A stretch of 64,000 nucleotides of DNA from Candidatus Amesbacteria bacterium (lineage in GTDB: Bacteria; Patescibacteriota; Microgenomatia; CAZETR01; Amesbacteraceae): positions 3,494-67,493 of the forward strand of contig DAHXMV010000002.1 in the NCBI GenBank assembly GCA_027371535.1, read 5' to 3'. The position numbers and the translations under genes were made by a program. This document shows, one piece after another, positions 20,175 through 30,676 of this stretch (position 1 is the first letter of the stretch; the number at the start of each line of letters is the position of its first letter). The notes under the pieces were generated by a model. The model searched no databases, had not been told where the DNA came from, and was given only the letters and a program-made list of their open reading frames with translations.

Positions 20175-21911
20175 TCAGGGATAGCGGCGGAGGCCGCCCC
20201 ACTCGACTAAAGTAAAACCGGTTCTTTTGGGGGCAGAAAGAGTCTGAGGTATGAGAGGGACAGGCTGATTCAAACCGATAAAATCCAGGAAAATTCTGAT
20301 AACGGTATCAGGACGGGGATTAACTGTCATGGGGGCCAAAAGATTAATTTGATTCGGTGTCAGCCAAGTAAGCCGGACATAAGGGGTTTTTGGCATTAGG
20401 GGCCACCAGTAAGACATAAAATCGGTGATTTCTTTCTGATTCAATCCCTGTTCCCGTAATTGGAGTCTGAGGGTATTTTCCAATCCGGAATGAGGAACGA
20501 CAAAGCCGAAATTGATTTCGGGATAAATCTGACCCGTGCCGTCCCAATATAAATAAGGATAGGTCAGGCCATCCGAAACCAGTTGGCCGTTCGGACGGGC
20601 GATGACCTGCCAGCCGTTTTGGTAGGGCGGATCGGATTTTTTAAGACTGACATTCAGTCTGACAGAAACCGGGATAGTTTTTTGGGGGTAAAGATAGATA
20701 ACGGGTTTGGCACATTCGGCTGCAGGTACGTATTTGCCGTTCGTAAAGACGACATACCGGCTAATCAAGCGGTCATAGTAAACTATAAGGCCATGATCAG
20801 AATTGTATTCAGAAATGGTATAGGCATCCTGGCCGGAAGGGTTATAAACCTCGCCGAAATGCTTCAAAAGCGTGGGGTTATCAGGATTTTTAAAACCGTA
20901 AATTGTTTCCCCGGCGGAAGTTTTACCGACGGGGGTTAAATCGTTAACTTCGGCTGAATCCAAAATTTCACGGCTCCGATATCCCCATCCCCCGCAACCG
21001 CCACGGGTGAGCACATCATAGGCCCCGGTATTGGGAACACCGGTGTCCCAGGTGATTTTCAAAACATTGTCATCAGGGACAAAAGCATAGCTCCGGTAAT
21101 AATACAGATAGGAAAAATCCGGTAAATCCAACCGGATCTGAGCACCGTTATTCATCAGATTCAGCGGGCCCCAGGAAGTTTGAGATAATAAAGTTTTGTC
21201 GCCCTGACCGACGTCGTTATAAAAAACCGGGTTGGCCATGGGTGTAGACAGGGTAAAACCCGAGACAGTGACGGTTTTATCGTAATCCAGGTCGGGATAG
21301 TCAATCTGCCTGTCGATTTTGACACCGGCATTTAAAGTCGGCCCCCGAAAATATTTATCCTGTTTGGAGATGATATCAGGAGAATAGTTGGCTATCAGCG
21401 AGGCCTGCCCATCGGATTGGATCAGCAGCATAGCCAAACTATTGCCTCCCGGGGAATTTACGGGGATATCCGCCATCACCAGCCGGCCACCCGAATCAGT
21501 GCCGACCTGATAATATTTGACCCCGGCAGGATCTCCCCAATCAGCGGAGAAATTTTCTTTGGCAAACACGCCGGGGTCAGAGATTTTTTGGGGAGCGGCA
21601 AGCCAGACAGCATGATGAACAATTTTTGGCCCGGCAGGAGCCAGGGGAATTATGGTCGGGGTAGGCCCGGCGGTGACTACAGGAATAGCCGCTTGGGTAA
21701 CATACGTCGGCCAGGGATATGGCGAAGGAGTGAGAATTTTTGAAGTTCTGGCTGAATTATTGGCGGAATATCTGATTTCGGCGACAGCGGACAGACAGAC
21801 ACTGATGGAAAGGACGATAACCGAAATAAGCAAGGGCAGTAAACCATGAGGAGGCGAGGCAGGGGGCAAGAGTGGATTTATTTCTTCAGGAGCTTTTTTC
21901 ACCGATTCCAA
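20175..21911 (-). CDS. Membrane-anchored protein with C-terminal KPVIYLYP domain
   Basis: N-terminal TM, Pro/Thr linker, AKPVIYLYP, YPYLYWDG, P.PDTVIRIF, GFTLVEWGG. Confidence 0.8.
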   Translation of the reverse strand: MESVKKAPEEINPLLPPASPPHGLLPLLISVIVLSISVCLSAVAEIRYSANNSARTSKILTPSPYPWPTYVTQAAIPVVTAGPTPTIIPLAPAGPKIVHHAVWLAAPQKISDPGVFAKENFSADWGDPAGVKYYQVGTDSGGRLVMADIPVNSPGGNSLAMLLIQSDGQASLIANYSPDIISKQDKYFRGPTLNAGVKIDRQIDYPDLDYDKTVTVSGFTLSTPMANPVFYNDVGQGDKTLLSQTSWGPLNLMNNGAQIRLDLPDFSYLYYYRSYAFVPDDNVLKITWDTGVPNTGAYDVLTRGGCGGWGYRSREILDSAEVNDLTPVGKTSAGETIYGFKNPDNPTLLKHFGEVYNPSGQDAYTISEYNSDHGLIVYYDRLISRYVVFTNGKYVPAAECAKPVIYLYPQKTIPVSVRLNVSLKKSDPPYQNGWQVIARPNGQLVSDGLTYPYLYWDGTGQIYPEINFGFVVPHSGLENTLRLQLREQGLNQKEITDFMSYWWPLMPKTPYVRLTWLTPNQINLLAPMTVNPRPDTVIRIFLDFIGLNQPVPLIPQTLSAPKRTGFTLVEWGGLRRYP

Positions 21912-23630
21912 TTATATGGGGAAAAAGAGCGAAGTGCCAGCGTCACTGCTAACCTGGTATTTCAAAGCAGGAGAATAGAGTTTTTGAAGTATTTGCCGGG
22001 CGGCCGGACCATGTAGAAGAGACGGCTGAAAGTTATCTATCTGTTCGGACAGGACAAAAACCGAAAGCCCCCGGGGGGTAAATTTTCCGGCCAGCAGCAG
22101 CCCCTGCCGCGTAGCCAGAGAAAAATTCTGGTCAAAAAGCAGGTTGCCCAATGAATAAAATACCGGTTTACCGTGATAAACTTCCATATCCTGGATGATG
22201 TGGGGATGGGAGCCGACGACAATGTCGGCACCGGCATCAATCCAGGCATGGGCCAGAGCGGCCTGGGAGGCAGAATGTGAAGCCCGGTATTCTTCCCCCC
22301 AGTGGGGAAAAACCAGGACCCGGGTGTCGGCTTTAGTCTTTACCCGAGCGATCAGCGGGGAAACATCCGGAAAAGGACTGAGAGTATTGACGCCGATGAC
22401 CACCAGATTTAATCTCTGCCCAGAAAAAGTGGCGATGCGAATTACATCACTGTCTCCCGGTCCACCGACGGGAATAATGCCAGCAGCGGTCAGCAATTTG
22501 CGGGTAGTGACTAATCCGTCAGTTCCGGCGTTGGCAGTGTGATTATTGGCCAAACTGACGGAGTTGACGTGTAAAAAGGCCAGAGCTTTGACGGCAGTGA
22601 CGGGAAAATCAAAGATCATACCAGTGTCATTAACCCGGCCGGAAAGCAGGCCGGAACTGACCGGTCCTTCCAGATTAATTAAAGAAGCATCAGTGCCCCA
22701 AAATACCCGGTCACCAATTTGGGAAAAACTCTGATAAAGCCGGTTGCCGGGAAATGTTTTTGAAACCCCCCGATCAAACATGACATCACCACCGACAGTA
22801 AAACTAACCTCTGCGTCCGGTATTACCTGGGAGTCATCCGCGTACCAGCCGAAAGTATGACCGGTGGTTTCGGAATCCGGCTGGTTTAGAATCAGACCGG
22901 AATTGGTATGCCCGGCCAAAACAAACTTTAAAGTTTGATGGGATTTGGCCCAAAGAGCCGCCAGACTTAATGCCCCAGGTGAATCCACTTCGGCTTTGGA
23001 AAACAGGCCGTCCGAGTCCAGGTTTGACAACAACCGGACGGATAAATCATCATGCAAATTTGAAAGCAGGACCGGCTGATAATGGGAAAAATCTACCGAA
23101 CTGACAAGCAGGCAATCAGGACAGGTGTTTTCCAGAAGACCGGCCAGATGCCGAATTTCTCCGGCAGTAACCCGATTTTTGATAATTATAGGCACGAGAC
23201 GTACTTTTGGAAAAACGGAAATTAAATCGGGAAGGACAGAGCGGATGCCGTGTTCGCCCATAAAGCTTTCCGGGCTATCGGAATAGCCGAGGCCGACCAA
23301 AGCGCTGATGACAGTCATGTCCGGTAATATTTCCCTCCCGCCGGACAGCTGCCAAGTCTGGCCGGAAACCTGAATATCGGCATTGCCGGAATCGAAGTGG
23401 TTGGGAGAGACCAGAATGACGGTATGGGGCGGAGTAATCAAAGCTGCCAGACGGGTTAAAAATAGCTGCCTTTGGGATTTAACCAAGTCGTGATGAGGTA
23501 ATATAACTGCCGAAATCCGGACTGTCTGAGATACTGTAGCCGGAACAAGGGGACAGGAACGGATATAGCTAAACAGGCAAAAAATCAACAAAGCCAGGGA
23601 GGGAGGAATTAACCACGAAAAACTTTTCAT
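21912..23630 (-). CDS. MEMO1 (AmmeMemoRadiSam B)-CapA/PGA_cap fusion, exported
   Basis: ILPHH, SPNHF, EHG, SVDFSHY, then VGGDVMFDR, NLEGP, LANNH, HWGEEY, GSHPH, YSLGN. Confidence 0.88.
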   Translation of the reverse strand: MKSFSWLIPPSLALLIFCLFSYIRSCPLVPATVSQTVRISAVILPHHDLVKSQRQLFLTRLAALITPPHTVILVSPNHFDSGNADIQVSGQTWQLSGGREILPDMTVISALVGLGYSDSPESFMGEHGIRSVLPDLISVFPKVRLVPIIIKNRVTAGEIRHLAGLLENTCPDCLLVSSVDFSHYQPVLLSNLHDDLSVRLLSNLDSDGLFSKAEVDSPGALSLAALWAKSHQTLKFVLAGHTNSGLILNQPDSETTGHTFGWYADDSQVIPDAEVSFTVGGDVMFDRGVSKTFPGNRLYQSFSQIGDRVFWGTDASLINLEGPVSSGLLSGRVNDTGMIFDFPVTAVKALAFLHVNSVSLANNHTANAGTDGLVTTRKLLTAAGIIPVGGPGDSDVIRIATFSGQRLNLVVIGVNTLSPFPDVSPLIARVKTKADTRVLVFPHWGEEYRASHSASQAALAHAWIDAGADIVVGSHPHIIQDMEVYHGKPVFYSLGNLLFDQNFSLATRQGLLLAGKFTPRGLSVFVLSEQIDNFQPSLLHGPAARQILQKLYSPALKYQVSSDAGTSLFFPI

Positions 23631-23971
23631 GAAGATCTCAGGGGAAGACCGGAGCGTCGGAAGAAGCGCTGAAGGGTTTTATGTTCCCTAGCCGTGGTCA
23701 CAGGAATTACCTTGTCTGGAGTTTCCCGGATCATTTGATCCCGGGTAACATCGACCAAATCCTTGACCTCGGTAAAAAACTGATTGACGGCGGTGACCGG
23801 ACGGGAAGCGGTTTCGGACAATTCCCGGGTATTATCGAGAATACGGTTGAGTTTTTTGACTGACTGGCGGAATTCATGAAACAGGTGAAAAATCTGAAAT
23901 CCAATCAGAATCAACATGAACGACAGGGAGGTAATGACGACTGCCAAGAGGAGCTGGATGAATGCAATCAT
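23627..23971 (-). CDS. Small single-TM coiled-coil protein (DUF948-like)
   Basis: Hydrophobic N-terminus, helical body, C-terminal RFFRR; overlaps the next gene. Confidence 0.75.
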   Translation of the reverse strand: MIAFIQLLLAVVITSLSFMLILIGFQIFHLFHEFRQSVKKLNRILDNTRELSETASRPVTAVNQFFTEVKDLVDVTRDQMIRETPDKVIPVTTAREHKTLQRFFRRSGLPLRSS

Positions 23972-23994
23972 AAATTTTATTCAGAGTAACGTTT

Positions 23995-24636
23995 TTAAGG
24001 ACCACTTGTCAAGAAAACATGCCTTTTGACGGTGACCGACCGATTGTTTTTACTTCTGGCAGTTACAGTAACCAAATTGGCTCCGGGATTTAATTGCAGG
24101 CGGACCGAAAACTGGCCGCCCTTATCAAGGGTGATGTAATTGCCGTTGACAGAGATAGTGGCTTCGGGATCGGTTTTACCGTAGACCTCCACGGTATCCT
24201 GTGTAGTAGAACTGCGGTCGGGCGGAGAGGAAAGCACCAATGAGGGCGGACCGACAAGTAAGGTATACTGATAACCCAAATAGCCCAAGAAAAGAGTGAA
24301 GAATAAGACAACTACAGCGATGACGGTACTCCTCGGGGTCCAGAGGTTGGTTTTGGCTACCGGCTCGACCATACCCCGGGGGACAATCTGCCCTTTGGGG
24401 TTTTCGGAAAAGTCCCGCCGAAATACGGCCAGCAGATAATCGGGGTTTAAACCCAAAAATTGCGCATAATTTCTGATAAAACCCTTGGCAACAATGGCAT
24501 TGGGGAGGCGACTGAAATCATCGGATTCCAGAAGTTCTAAAAAATGCGGGCGGATTTTGGTGATCCTGGCAACGTCAGCCAGTTCCATCTGACGGGTAAG
24601 ACGGGCTTCTTTAAGAATTAAACCTGCAGACTTCAT
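23995..24636 (-). CDS. RodZ-like HTH-TM-Ig protein
   Basis: G.ILKEAR, TKIR..FLE.LE, KGFIRNYAQFLGL, TM, Ig-like C-terminus; follows ftsK. Confidence 0.85.
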   Translation of the reverse strand: MKSAGLILKEARLTRQMELADVARITKIRPHFLELLESDDFSRLPNAIVAKGFIRNYAQFLGLNPDYLLAVFRRDFSENPKGQIVPRGMVEPVAKTNLWTPRSTVIAVVVLFFTLFLGYLGYQYTLLVGPPSLVLSSPPDRSSTTQDTVEVYGKTDPEATISVNGNYITLDKGGQFSVRLQLNPGANLVTVTARSKNNRSVTVKRHVFLTSGP

Positions 24637-26765
24637 GGGGAAACTTCCCGACCTGGCGTGTCAGACAACTGACGCATAAGAATCTCACGGGGCTTGGCAC
24701 CGTCAGCCGGGCCAACTATACCGGCATTTTGCATCTGATCCAAAATTTTGGCAGCGCGGGCATAACCGATACTCAGTTTGCGCTGCAGAAAAGAGGCGGA
24801 GGCAGCGTCGTTTTGAATGATAAGGCGCAAAGCATCTTCGAAGAGTTCATCCCGATCCTCCCCGCTGGGAGAAATAAAGGAGGAGCCTTTGCCGCGTTTT
24901 AGACCCAAAGGCTGGGTAATCACCTCCTCGGTATAGTTGGGAGCCACACCCTGCTTCTTCAGATAATCAATCAGCTGTCTGATCTCCCGGTCGGAAATAA
25001 ACGCGCCCTGAATACGGCTGGGTTTGGCCTGGTCGGGTGGAACATAAAGCATATCACCCTTACCCAGCAGTTTTTCAGCCCCCGGCTGGTCAATAATCAC
25101 CCGCGAATCAATCATGGAGGAAACAGCAAAGGCAATCCGGGCGGGGATATTGGCCTTAATCAGACCGGTGATGATATCCACGGAAGGCCTTTGAGTGGCA
25201 ATCACCAGGTGAATACCGGTGGCCCGGGCCATCTGGGCTATACGGGTAATGGTATCTTCGACCTCTACGGGAGCAAACAGCATGATATCGGCTAATTCAT
25301 CGATAAAAATCACAATATACGGTAATGCCTGGAAACCGGCATTTTCGTTGTAGGATTCAAGATTTCTGGCCCCGACCTCGGCAAACATCTTGTAACGGCG
25401 ATCCATTTCATTCATGGCCCATTTGAGAGCGGAAAGGACTTTATCCGGTTCGACAATCACCGGGGACAGTAAATGCGGAACCCCGTTATAACCGGTCAAC
25501 TCAACCCTTTTCGGGTCAACCAGGATGAGATTCAATTCCTGGGGGCTACAGCGATACAAAAGTGAGGCCAAAAAAGCATTGATACACACCGACTTCCCAG
25601 ATCCGGTCTGACCGGCAATCAATACGTGAGGCATGCGGGCGATGTCGGCAACCACAGGCTGACCGGAAACATCCAGACCCATAGCTACAGCCAATTTGCT
25701 CTTGTGATGCTTTAAAACGTCCTCGGACAGGATTTTTTTGATCCCAACAAACTCGGGTGAACGATTGGGAAGCTCGATCCCGACCAGTGACCGGCCGGGG
25801 ATGGGAGCTTCAATTCTGATCTGACCGGTGGGGGCAGCCAGAGCCAGAGCCAGGTCATTACTAAGCGCGTTTATTTTACTGAGCTTGGTGCCGATGGCAA
25901 CTTCCAGAGCATATTGGGTAACAGCCGGACCAAGGTTGACTTCGGCAACGTGGGCAGATATTCCGAAAGCTTCCAAGGTCTCTTCGATTTTGGCAGCATT
26001 ATCTTTGACGTTGCCGCGATCGGCTTTACCGGAAATGTTTTCACCTAAAAGAGAGAGCGGCGGATAATGCCAGGGGGAATTGGCAGCCGCAGAAGGAGTG
26101 GTAGGCAAAACTGTCTGAAACGGGGTTTCTTTTGATTTTTCGGGCAGGCCTTTGACCGTAAATTCACCCTTTTTAGACTGGATGGCGGCCTTGTTATCCG
26201 GGAGTTTGGAGACCTGAGCCGGAGCCATACCGGAAACTTTCAGGGGAGCAGGGAGTTTCCCGATTTTGGCGGGGCCCGGGGATTTTTGAGTCAGGCGGAT
26301 GAAAAAATTTATAATATCTTCGAAAGGAATATTCAGCATGACCAGCAAACCTACTGCCAGACCGGTGAGTAAGAAGATGTATGCCCCGGGTGAAGACAGA
26401 AACAAACCGGTGCTTAAAAACAACTTGTCGCCAAGCAGGCCGTCATGAAAGATGCCGGTAACGGCAAAAATGATAATCAGACTGCCCACAAAAACATGCG
26501 GTTCGGACATAAAAAACTTGATTTTAGTCACCATCAAACCGCCGATGATCAGAGGAAAAGGAAGGAACAAAGAGGAAAACAGGCCCAGCTGGGATACCAA
26601 AAGAGTGTTAAGGTGGGTGAGTAAAAGCCCCTGGCGGATAAAAGAGATCCAGATTAAAACCGCCACTGAAAATAGAATCAGGGCGGAGATGGAATAGACG
26701 GTATTTTTTTTGAGTTTTAAACCGTAGCTTTTTTTACGACCGACAAATGATCTCCTCCGAGCCAT
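24633..26765 (-). CDS. ftsK: DNA translocase FtsK/SpoIIIE
   Basis: 4 TM, MPHVLIAGQTGSGKS, IDELAD, ATQRPSVD, gamma domain LQRKLSIGYARA. Confidence 0.97.
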   Translation of the reverse strand: MARRRSFVGRKKSYGLKLKKNTVYSISALILFSVAVLIWISFIRQGLLLTHLNTLLVSQLGLFSSLFLPFPLIIGGLMVTKIKFFMSEPHVFVGSLIIIFAVTGIFHDGLLGDKLFLSTGLFLSSPGAYIFLLTGLAVGLLVMLNIPFEDIINFFIRLTQKSPGPAKIGKLPAPLKVSGMAPAQVSKLPDNKAAIQSKKGEFTVKGLPEKSKETPFQTVLPTTPSAAANSPWHYPPLSLLGENISGKADRGNVKDNAAKIEETLEAFGISAHVAEVNLGPAVTQYALEVAIGTKLSKINALSNDLALALAAPTGQIRIEAPIPGRSLVGIELPNRSPEFVGIKKILSEDVLKHHKSKLAVAMGLDVSGQPVVADIARMPHVLIAGQTGSGKSVCINAFLASLLYRCSPQELNLILVDPKRVELTGYNGVPHLLSPVIVEPDKVLSALKWAMNEMDRRYKMFAEVGARNLESYNENAGFQALPYIVIFIDELADIMLFAPVEVEDTITRIAQMARATGIHLVIATQRPSVDIITGLIKANIPARIAFAVSSMIDSRVIIDQPGAEKLLGKGDMLYVPPDQAKPSRIQGAFISDREIRQLIDYLKKQGVAPNYTEEVITQPLGLKRGKGSSFISPSGEDRDELFEDALRLIIQNDAASASFLQRKLSIGYARAAKILDQMQNAGIVGPADGAKPREILMRQLSDTPGREVSP

Positions 26766-26866
26766 AAAGCCATTATAACTTAAAAAGACCAGTCAAAGAT
26801 CAAAAAAACAGGTTAAGCGGACTTGACTAGACAGGGCCGAATCCGGGGGTAAGATAAAGCCAGCGT

Positions 26867-27547
26867 ATGCACGATTACCAGATTTCCATCCTGAGGGAAT
26901 TATTGTTTAAACCCGGAGCGAGATTTCGAGACATGAAAAAAGTAGATATCCCCAATGACCATTTTACCTTTCATGTGAACCAACTGATCGGGCAGGGATA
27001 CATGGAAAAAAAGCAGGGAGGATATTATCTGACGACTGTAGGAAAGGAATTTGCCAACAGAATGGATACGGAGACATTAAAGATAGAAAGGCAGGCGAAA
27101 CTGGATATTGCCATAAATGCCTTCCGAACGGGAAACGGTAAAACAGAATTTCTGATTCATAAACGTTTAAAAGAACCCTTTTACGGATGGTACGGAACCC
27201 ACAGCGGAAAGATCAGATGGGGAGAATTCCCTATAGAAACAGCCAAAAGGGAATTTCTGGAAGAAACCGGATTAACCGGCAATTTCGAGCTGAAAGGCAT
27301 CGTCCATTACCAGCATATTCATAAAGACGGGACTTTTCTGGAGGATAAATATTTTTGGATTTACTGGGTGGAAAATCCCACCGGCGAACTGAAAACGAAA
27401 GTTCCAGAAGGAGAGAATATCTGGATGACGGAAGAAGAGTTTAAACGACTTGATCATGTCTTTGCCAGTTTTGAAGAAATGATGGAAGTAAAAAATGCCA
27501 AATCGCTGGTATACATCGAAAGAGTGAGATATGTAGACAGTTACTGA
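26867..27547 (+). CDS. Winged-HTH-NUDIX hydrolase
   Basis: N-terminal wHTH-like region (FTFHVNQL...Y.LT..GKE); Nudix box GKIRWGE...AKREFLEETGL. Confidence 0.85.
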   Translation: MHDYQISILRELLFKPGARFRDMKKVDIPNDHFTFHVNQLIGQGYMEKKQGGYYLTTVGKEFANRMDTETLKIERQAKLDIAINAFRTGNGKTEFLIHKRLKEPFYGWYGTHSGKIRWGEFPIETAKREFLEETGLTGNFELKGIVHYQHIHKDGTFLEDKYFWIYWVENPTGELKTKVPEGENIWMTEEEFKRLDHVFASFEEMMEVKNAKSLVYIERVRYVDSY

Positions 27548-27549
27548 AT

Positions 27550-27732
27550 ATGACGGAAAGAGTATACCAACCTACACCCTATGATTTGAGACTGTATATT
27601 TACGGTATTATTCATTGGGTCAAAGAAGGACGTCCGATTTCAGAAATAGAAAAGTTTATCAGTAAGGAAAAGAATCCGGAACTAAAAAAAGTCATGCAAG
27701 AAGAAATAGGGAAGCAGAGAAAAGAAGTTTAA
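27550..27732 (+). CDS. Small hypothetical protein
   Basis: 60-aa ORF 2 nt after the NUDIX gene. Confidence 0.55.
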   Translation: MTERVYQPTPYDLRLYIYGIIHWVKEGRPISEIEKFISKEKNPELKKVMQEEIGKQRKEV

Positions 27733-27741
27733 TTAATTAAA

Positions 27742-29403
27742 TCAAACTTCGACGATGACCGGCAGGATCATGGGGCGGCGATGAGTCTGGTCAAAAAGGA
27801 ACTTGCCCAAGTGTTCGACAACAATTTCCTTGGCGTGGCGATCCGATTCGATTTTGCCTTTTTTCTGAACGATTATCTGACGGACTTTTTCGGAGGCCTG
27901 ATTTAATAAACTGGAGCTGTATTTTTCAAAAACAAAACCCCGGCTGACCAATTCCAAATTAAGAATACTGGAGAGGTCGTTTTGGTCCAACTCCAAAACT
28001 ACGACAACCACTCCTTCCTCTGCCAGATGCTGACGATCCCTTAAAACCAGATTGCCGACATCACCAACACCCAGGCCATCGACGAGCACGTTACGAACCC
28101 CGACGGTGGGACCGAGGCCGATCCTGTCAGGGGAAACCTGGATGGACTGATTGGCTTCCGGAAGCAGCACCCGGTCGGGACTGTAGCCCATGGAACGGGC
28201 CAGATTGGCATACTGCACCATATGCCGGTAAGTACCACCTATCGGCAGCACATATTTGGCCTTGGTAAGGGCCATCAAAAGCAGCAGGTCCTGCTGGCTG
28301 CCGTGACCGGAAACGTGTAAATTGTCCGTAATATCCGAATATACAACTTTGGCTCCCAAACGGGAAAGGGAATCGATTAAGGTCTGTACCGCACTCTCAT
28401 TTCCGGGAATATAGTCGGAAGAAAACACCACCTTGTCACCGGATTTGATGTCCAAATCTTTGTGATCGTCGGTAGCCAAACGTTCGAGTGCCGAACCGCT
28501 TTGCGCCTGGGAACCGGCAATCAAAATACAGACATTTTTGGGAGCCAGGTGTTTGACCTGCCGAAGTTCTATAAAGGCAGATTTGGGAATCGGGAAGTAA
28601 CCCAGTCGGGAGGCAACGTCAAGATTGCGTTCGATACTGCGGCCGGAAACAGCAATGCGCCGGCCGTTTTTGACCGCGATTTTACAGGCCTGGTACCATC
28701 GGCTGATATTACTGCTCATGGTAGTGACGATAAATTTTCCTTCACAGTCGGCAATCTCTTTTTCAAAAGTACCTTCCAAGGTCAGCTCAGACGGAGTGTA
28801 ACCCTGACGCTCACTTCCCAAACAATCTGAAAGCAGCAAATCCACCCCCTCATCGCCGGCTCTGGCCATTCGACCAATGTCAGGCAATTTTGCGTCCACG
28901 GGCGTAAGGTCGAATTTAAAGTCGCTGCCATGAAAAACAGTACCCGCAGGAGTTTTAATTATCAGATTGGTAGAATCGGGAATGGAATGGGAAATGCGGA
29001 CAGATTCGACGGTAAACTGACCCAGCTGAAGCGGATTGCCGGGCAATAAAATATTTACCGTCCGGGGCATATTTTCATATTCTGCCAATTTATCCATGAC
29101 CAGATTGGCAGGCAAGCGGTTGGCATAGACCGGGACATTGGCCAATTGAGGTAAAATATAGGGCAAAGCTCCGGTGTGGTCTTCATGACCGTGAGTTAAT
29201 ACGAGACCTCTGATTTTGGCCATTTTATCTTTTAAATAGGAAATATCCGGGATAAGCATATCTATTCCCAGCATTTCCTCGGTGGGGAAACCCATACCAC
29301 AGTCTACCAACAGAATATCGTTTTCCAGCTCATAGACAAACATATTTGAGGTGACTTTACCGAAACCTCCCAGGGAAATAATTTTTAATGTAGGCGTATC
29401 CAT
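27742..29403 (-). CDS. rnj: Ribonuclease J
   Basis: LTHGHEDHTG, HSIPD, DFKFD, HVSGH, RRPMILPVIVEV. Confidence 0.97.
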   Translation of the reverse strand: MDTPTLKIISLGGFGKVTSNMFVYELENDILLVDCGMGFPTEEMLGIDMLIPDISYLKDKMAKIRGLVLTHGHEDHTGALPYILPQLANVPVYANRLPANLVMDKLAEYENMPRTVNILLPGNPLQLGQFTVESVRISHSIPDSTNLIIKTPAGTVFHGSDFKFDLTPVDAKLPDIGRMARAGDEGVDLLLSDCLGSERQGYTPSELTLEGTFEKEIADCEGKFIVTTMSSNISRWYQACKIAVKNGRRIAVSGRSIERNLDVASRLGYFPIPKSAFIELRQVKHLAPKNVCILIAGSQAQSGSALERLATDDHKDLDIKSGDKVVFSSDYIPGNESAVQTLIDSLSRLGAKVVYSDITDNLHVSGHGSQQDLLLLMALTKAKYVLPIGGTYRHMVQYANLARSMGYSPDRVLLPEANQSIQVSPDRIGLGPTVGVRNVLVDGLGVGDVGNLVLRDRQHLAEEGVVVVVLELDQNDLSSILNLELVSRGFVFEKYSSSLLNQASEKVRQIIVQKKGKIESDRHAKEIVVEHLGKFLFDQTHRRPMILPVIVEV

Positions 29404-29408
29404 ATGAT

Positions 29409-30047
29409 TTAAAAAAAGGAGGTCTGAGCTGCTTTGGTAACAGGAGGAAGAATATCGGGAACCGCTACTTCCTGATGTAAAAGGCTCTTTAATTTATTAA
29501 AGTCCCGGATGAACCCGTCCATGACCGTACCGGATCTGAGAGCAGCGGCCGGGTGATACATGGGGAAAATAATATATCTGACTCCGCCGAATTCCACGAA
29601 TCTGGACTGACCGTGAACCCGGGAAATCGAAACGTCAGGGATAAATTTGGCCATACTGAAACGGCCGAGGGTAACAATAATTCCGGGTTTGATAACGGCA
29701 ATCTGGCGATCCAGCCAGTCACGGCAGGCTTCGATTTCGTCAGGGAAAGGATCACGGTTATCAGGAGGCCGGTATTTAATAATATTGGTGATATAGACAT
29801 CTGTACGTTTTAAATTCAAAGACTCCAGAAGGGTTTTTTCCAGAAGTTTGCCGGCCTGACCGACAAAAGGCCGGCCCTGCATATCTTCATTAAAACCGGG
29901 ACCTTCCCCGATAAACATAATTTGGGCGTCGAGATTACCTTCCCCCGGAACGGGACGGGTGCAATTTTTTGCAATATCCAAGCCTTTGAAGGATTTTATC
30001 TCTTCGGCAATTTCATCCAGTTTGGTAATTTTTTCCTGAGTGGTCAT
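29409..30047 (-). CDS. Uracil-DNA glycosylase, family 4
   Basis: FIGEGPG.NED..GRPFVGQAG, RPPDNRDP, YHPAAALR. Confidence 0.93.
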   Translation of the reverse strand: MTTQEKITKLDEIAEEIKSFKGLDIAKNCTRPVPGEGNLDAQIMFIGEGPGFNEDMQGRPFVGQAGKLLEKTLLESLNLKRTDVYITNIIKYRPPDNRDPFPDEIEACRDWLDRQIAVIKPGIIVTLGRFSMAKFIPDVSISRVHGQSRFVEFGGVRYIIFPMYHPAAALRSGTVMDGFIRDFNKLKSLLHQEVAVPDILPPVTKAAQTSFF

Positions 30048-30622
30048 GGTTTTTTGGTGATCAAATCACATAATGCATTAAAGAATATTATATAACCTCT
30101 TTCATTAAGATGAACCCCATCGCGATAATGGATATCTTCTTTAATCATGACTGACTTTAATAGACTATATAGATCCAGACAGTCCAGTTGATATTTATTG
30201 GCTAAATTGATAACTTCCTGAGCGTACTGATGGATATCCGTATCGGATCGTCCGGGGGGGGTCTGTTTTTTCTGATTTACCGGAGGAGGGGTAATTAGAA
30301 TGATGGAAGACACATTATCAGATTTTAATTTGGAAATTATATCCGCGTAATTTTCAGAAAATTCCTGCAGAGGAACTTGTTTCCAACTCGCAGCATCATT
30401 TGTACCAAAAAGAACCAGAGCCAGAGTGGGTAAAATAATGTGATGTTGACTTAAGATCGATTTTCCGTAACGGGTGTCTGCACCACCTTTGGCCAAATTC
30501 TGAATAATAGTATCTGGAAAAGATTTCTTAAAAAGCAGAATTAAACTTTCCCCAGCATCTCCACTATTTCTGGATAAATGACTGTCGCCCAACAAAAGAA
30601 TATTACTGAATTTTTCAGACAT
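30044..30622 (-). CDS. SGNH/GDSL hydrolase
   Basis: LLGDS, FGTNDA, DGVHLN blocks; AT-rich. Confidence 0.9.
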   Translation of the reverse strand: MSEKFSNILLLGDSHLSRNSGDAGESLILLFKKSFPDTIIQNLAKGGADTRYGKSILSQHHIILPTLALVLFGTNDAASWKQVPLQEFSENYADIISKLKSDNVSSIILITPPPVNQKKQTPPGRSDTDIHQYAQEVINLANKYQLDCLDLYSLLKSVMIKEDIHYRDGVHLNERGYIIFFNALCDLITKKP

Positions 30623-30676
30623 ACTAATTCCTATTTATATAAATTCACAACCGCGATAGTTAATATTTTTCTTTAA

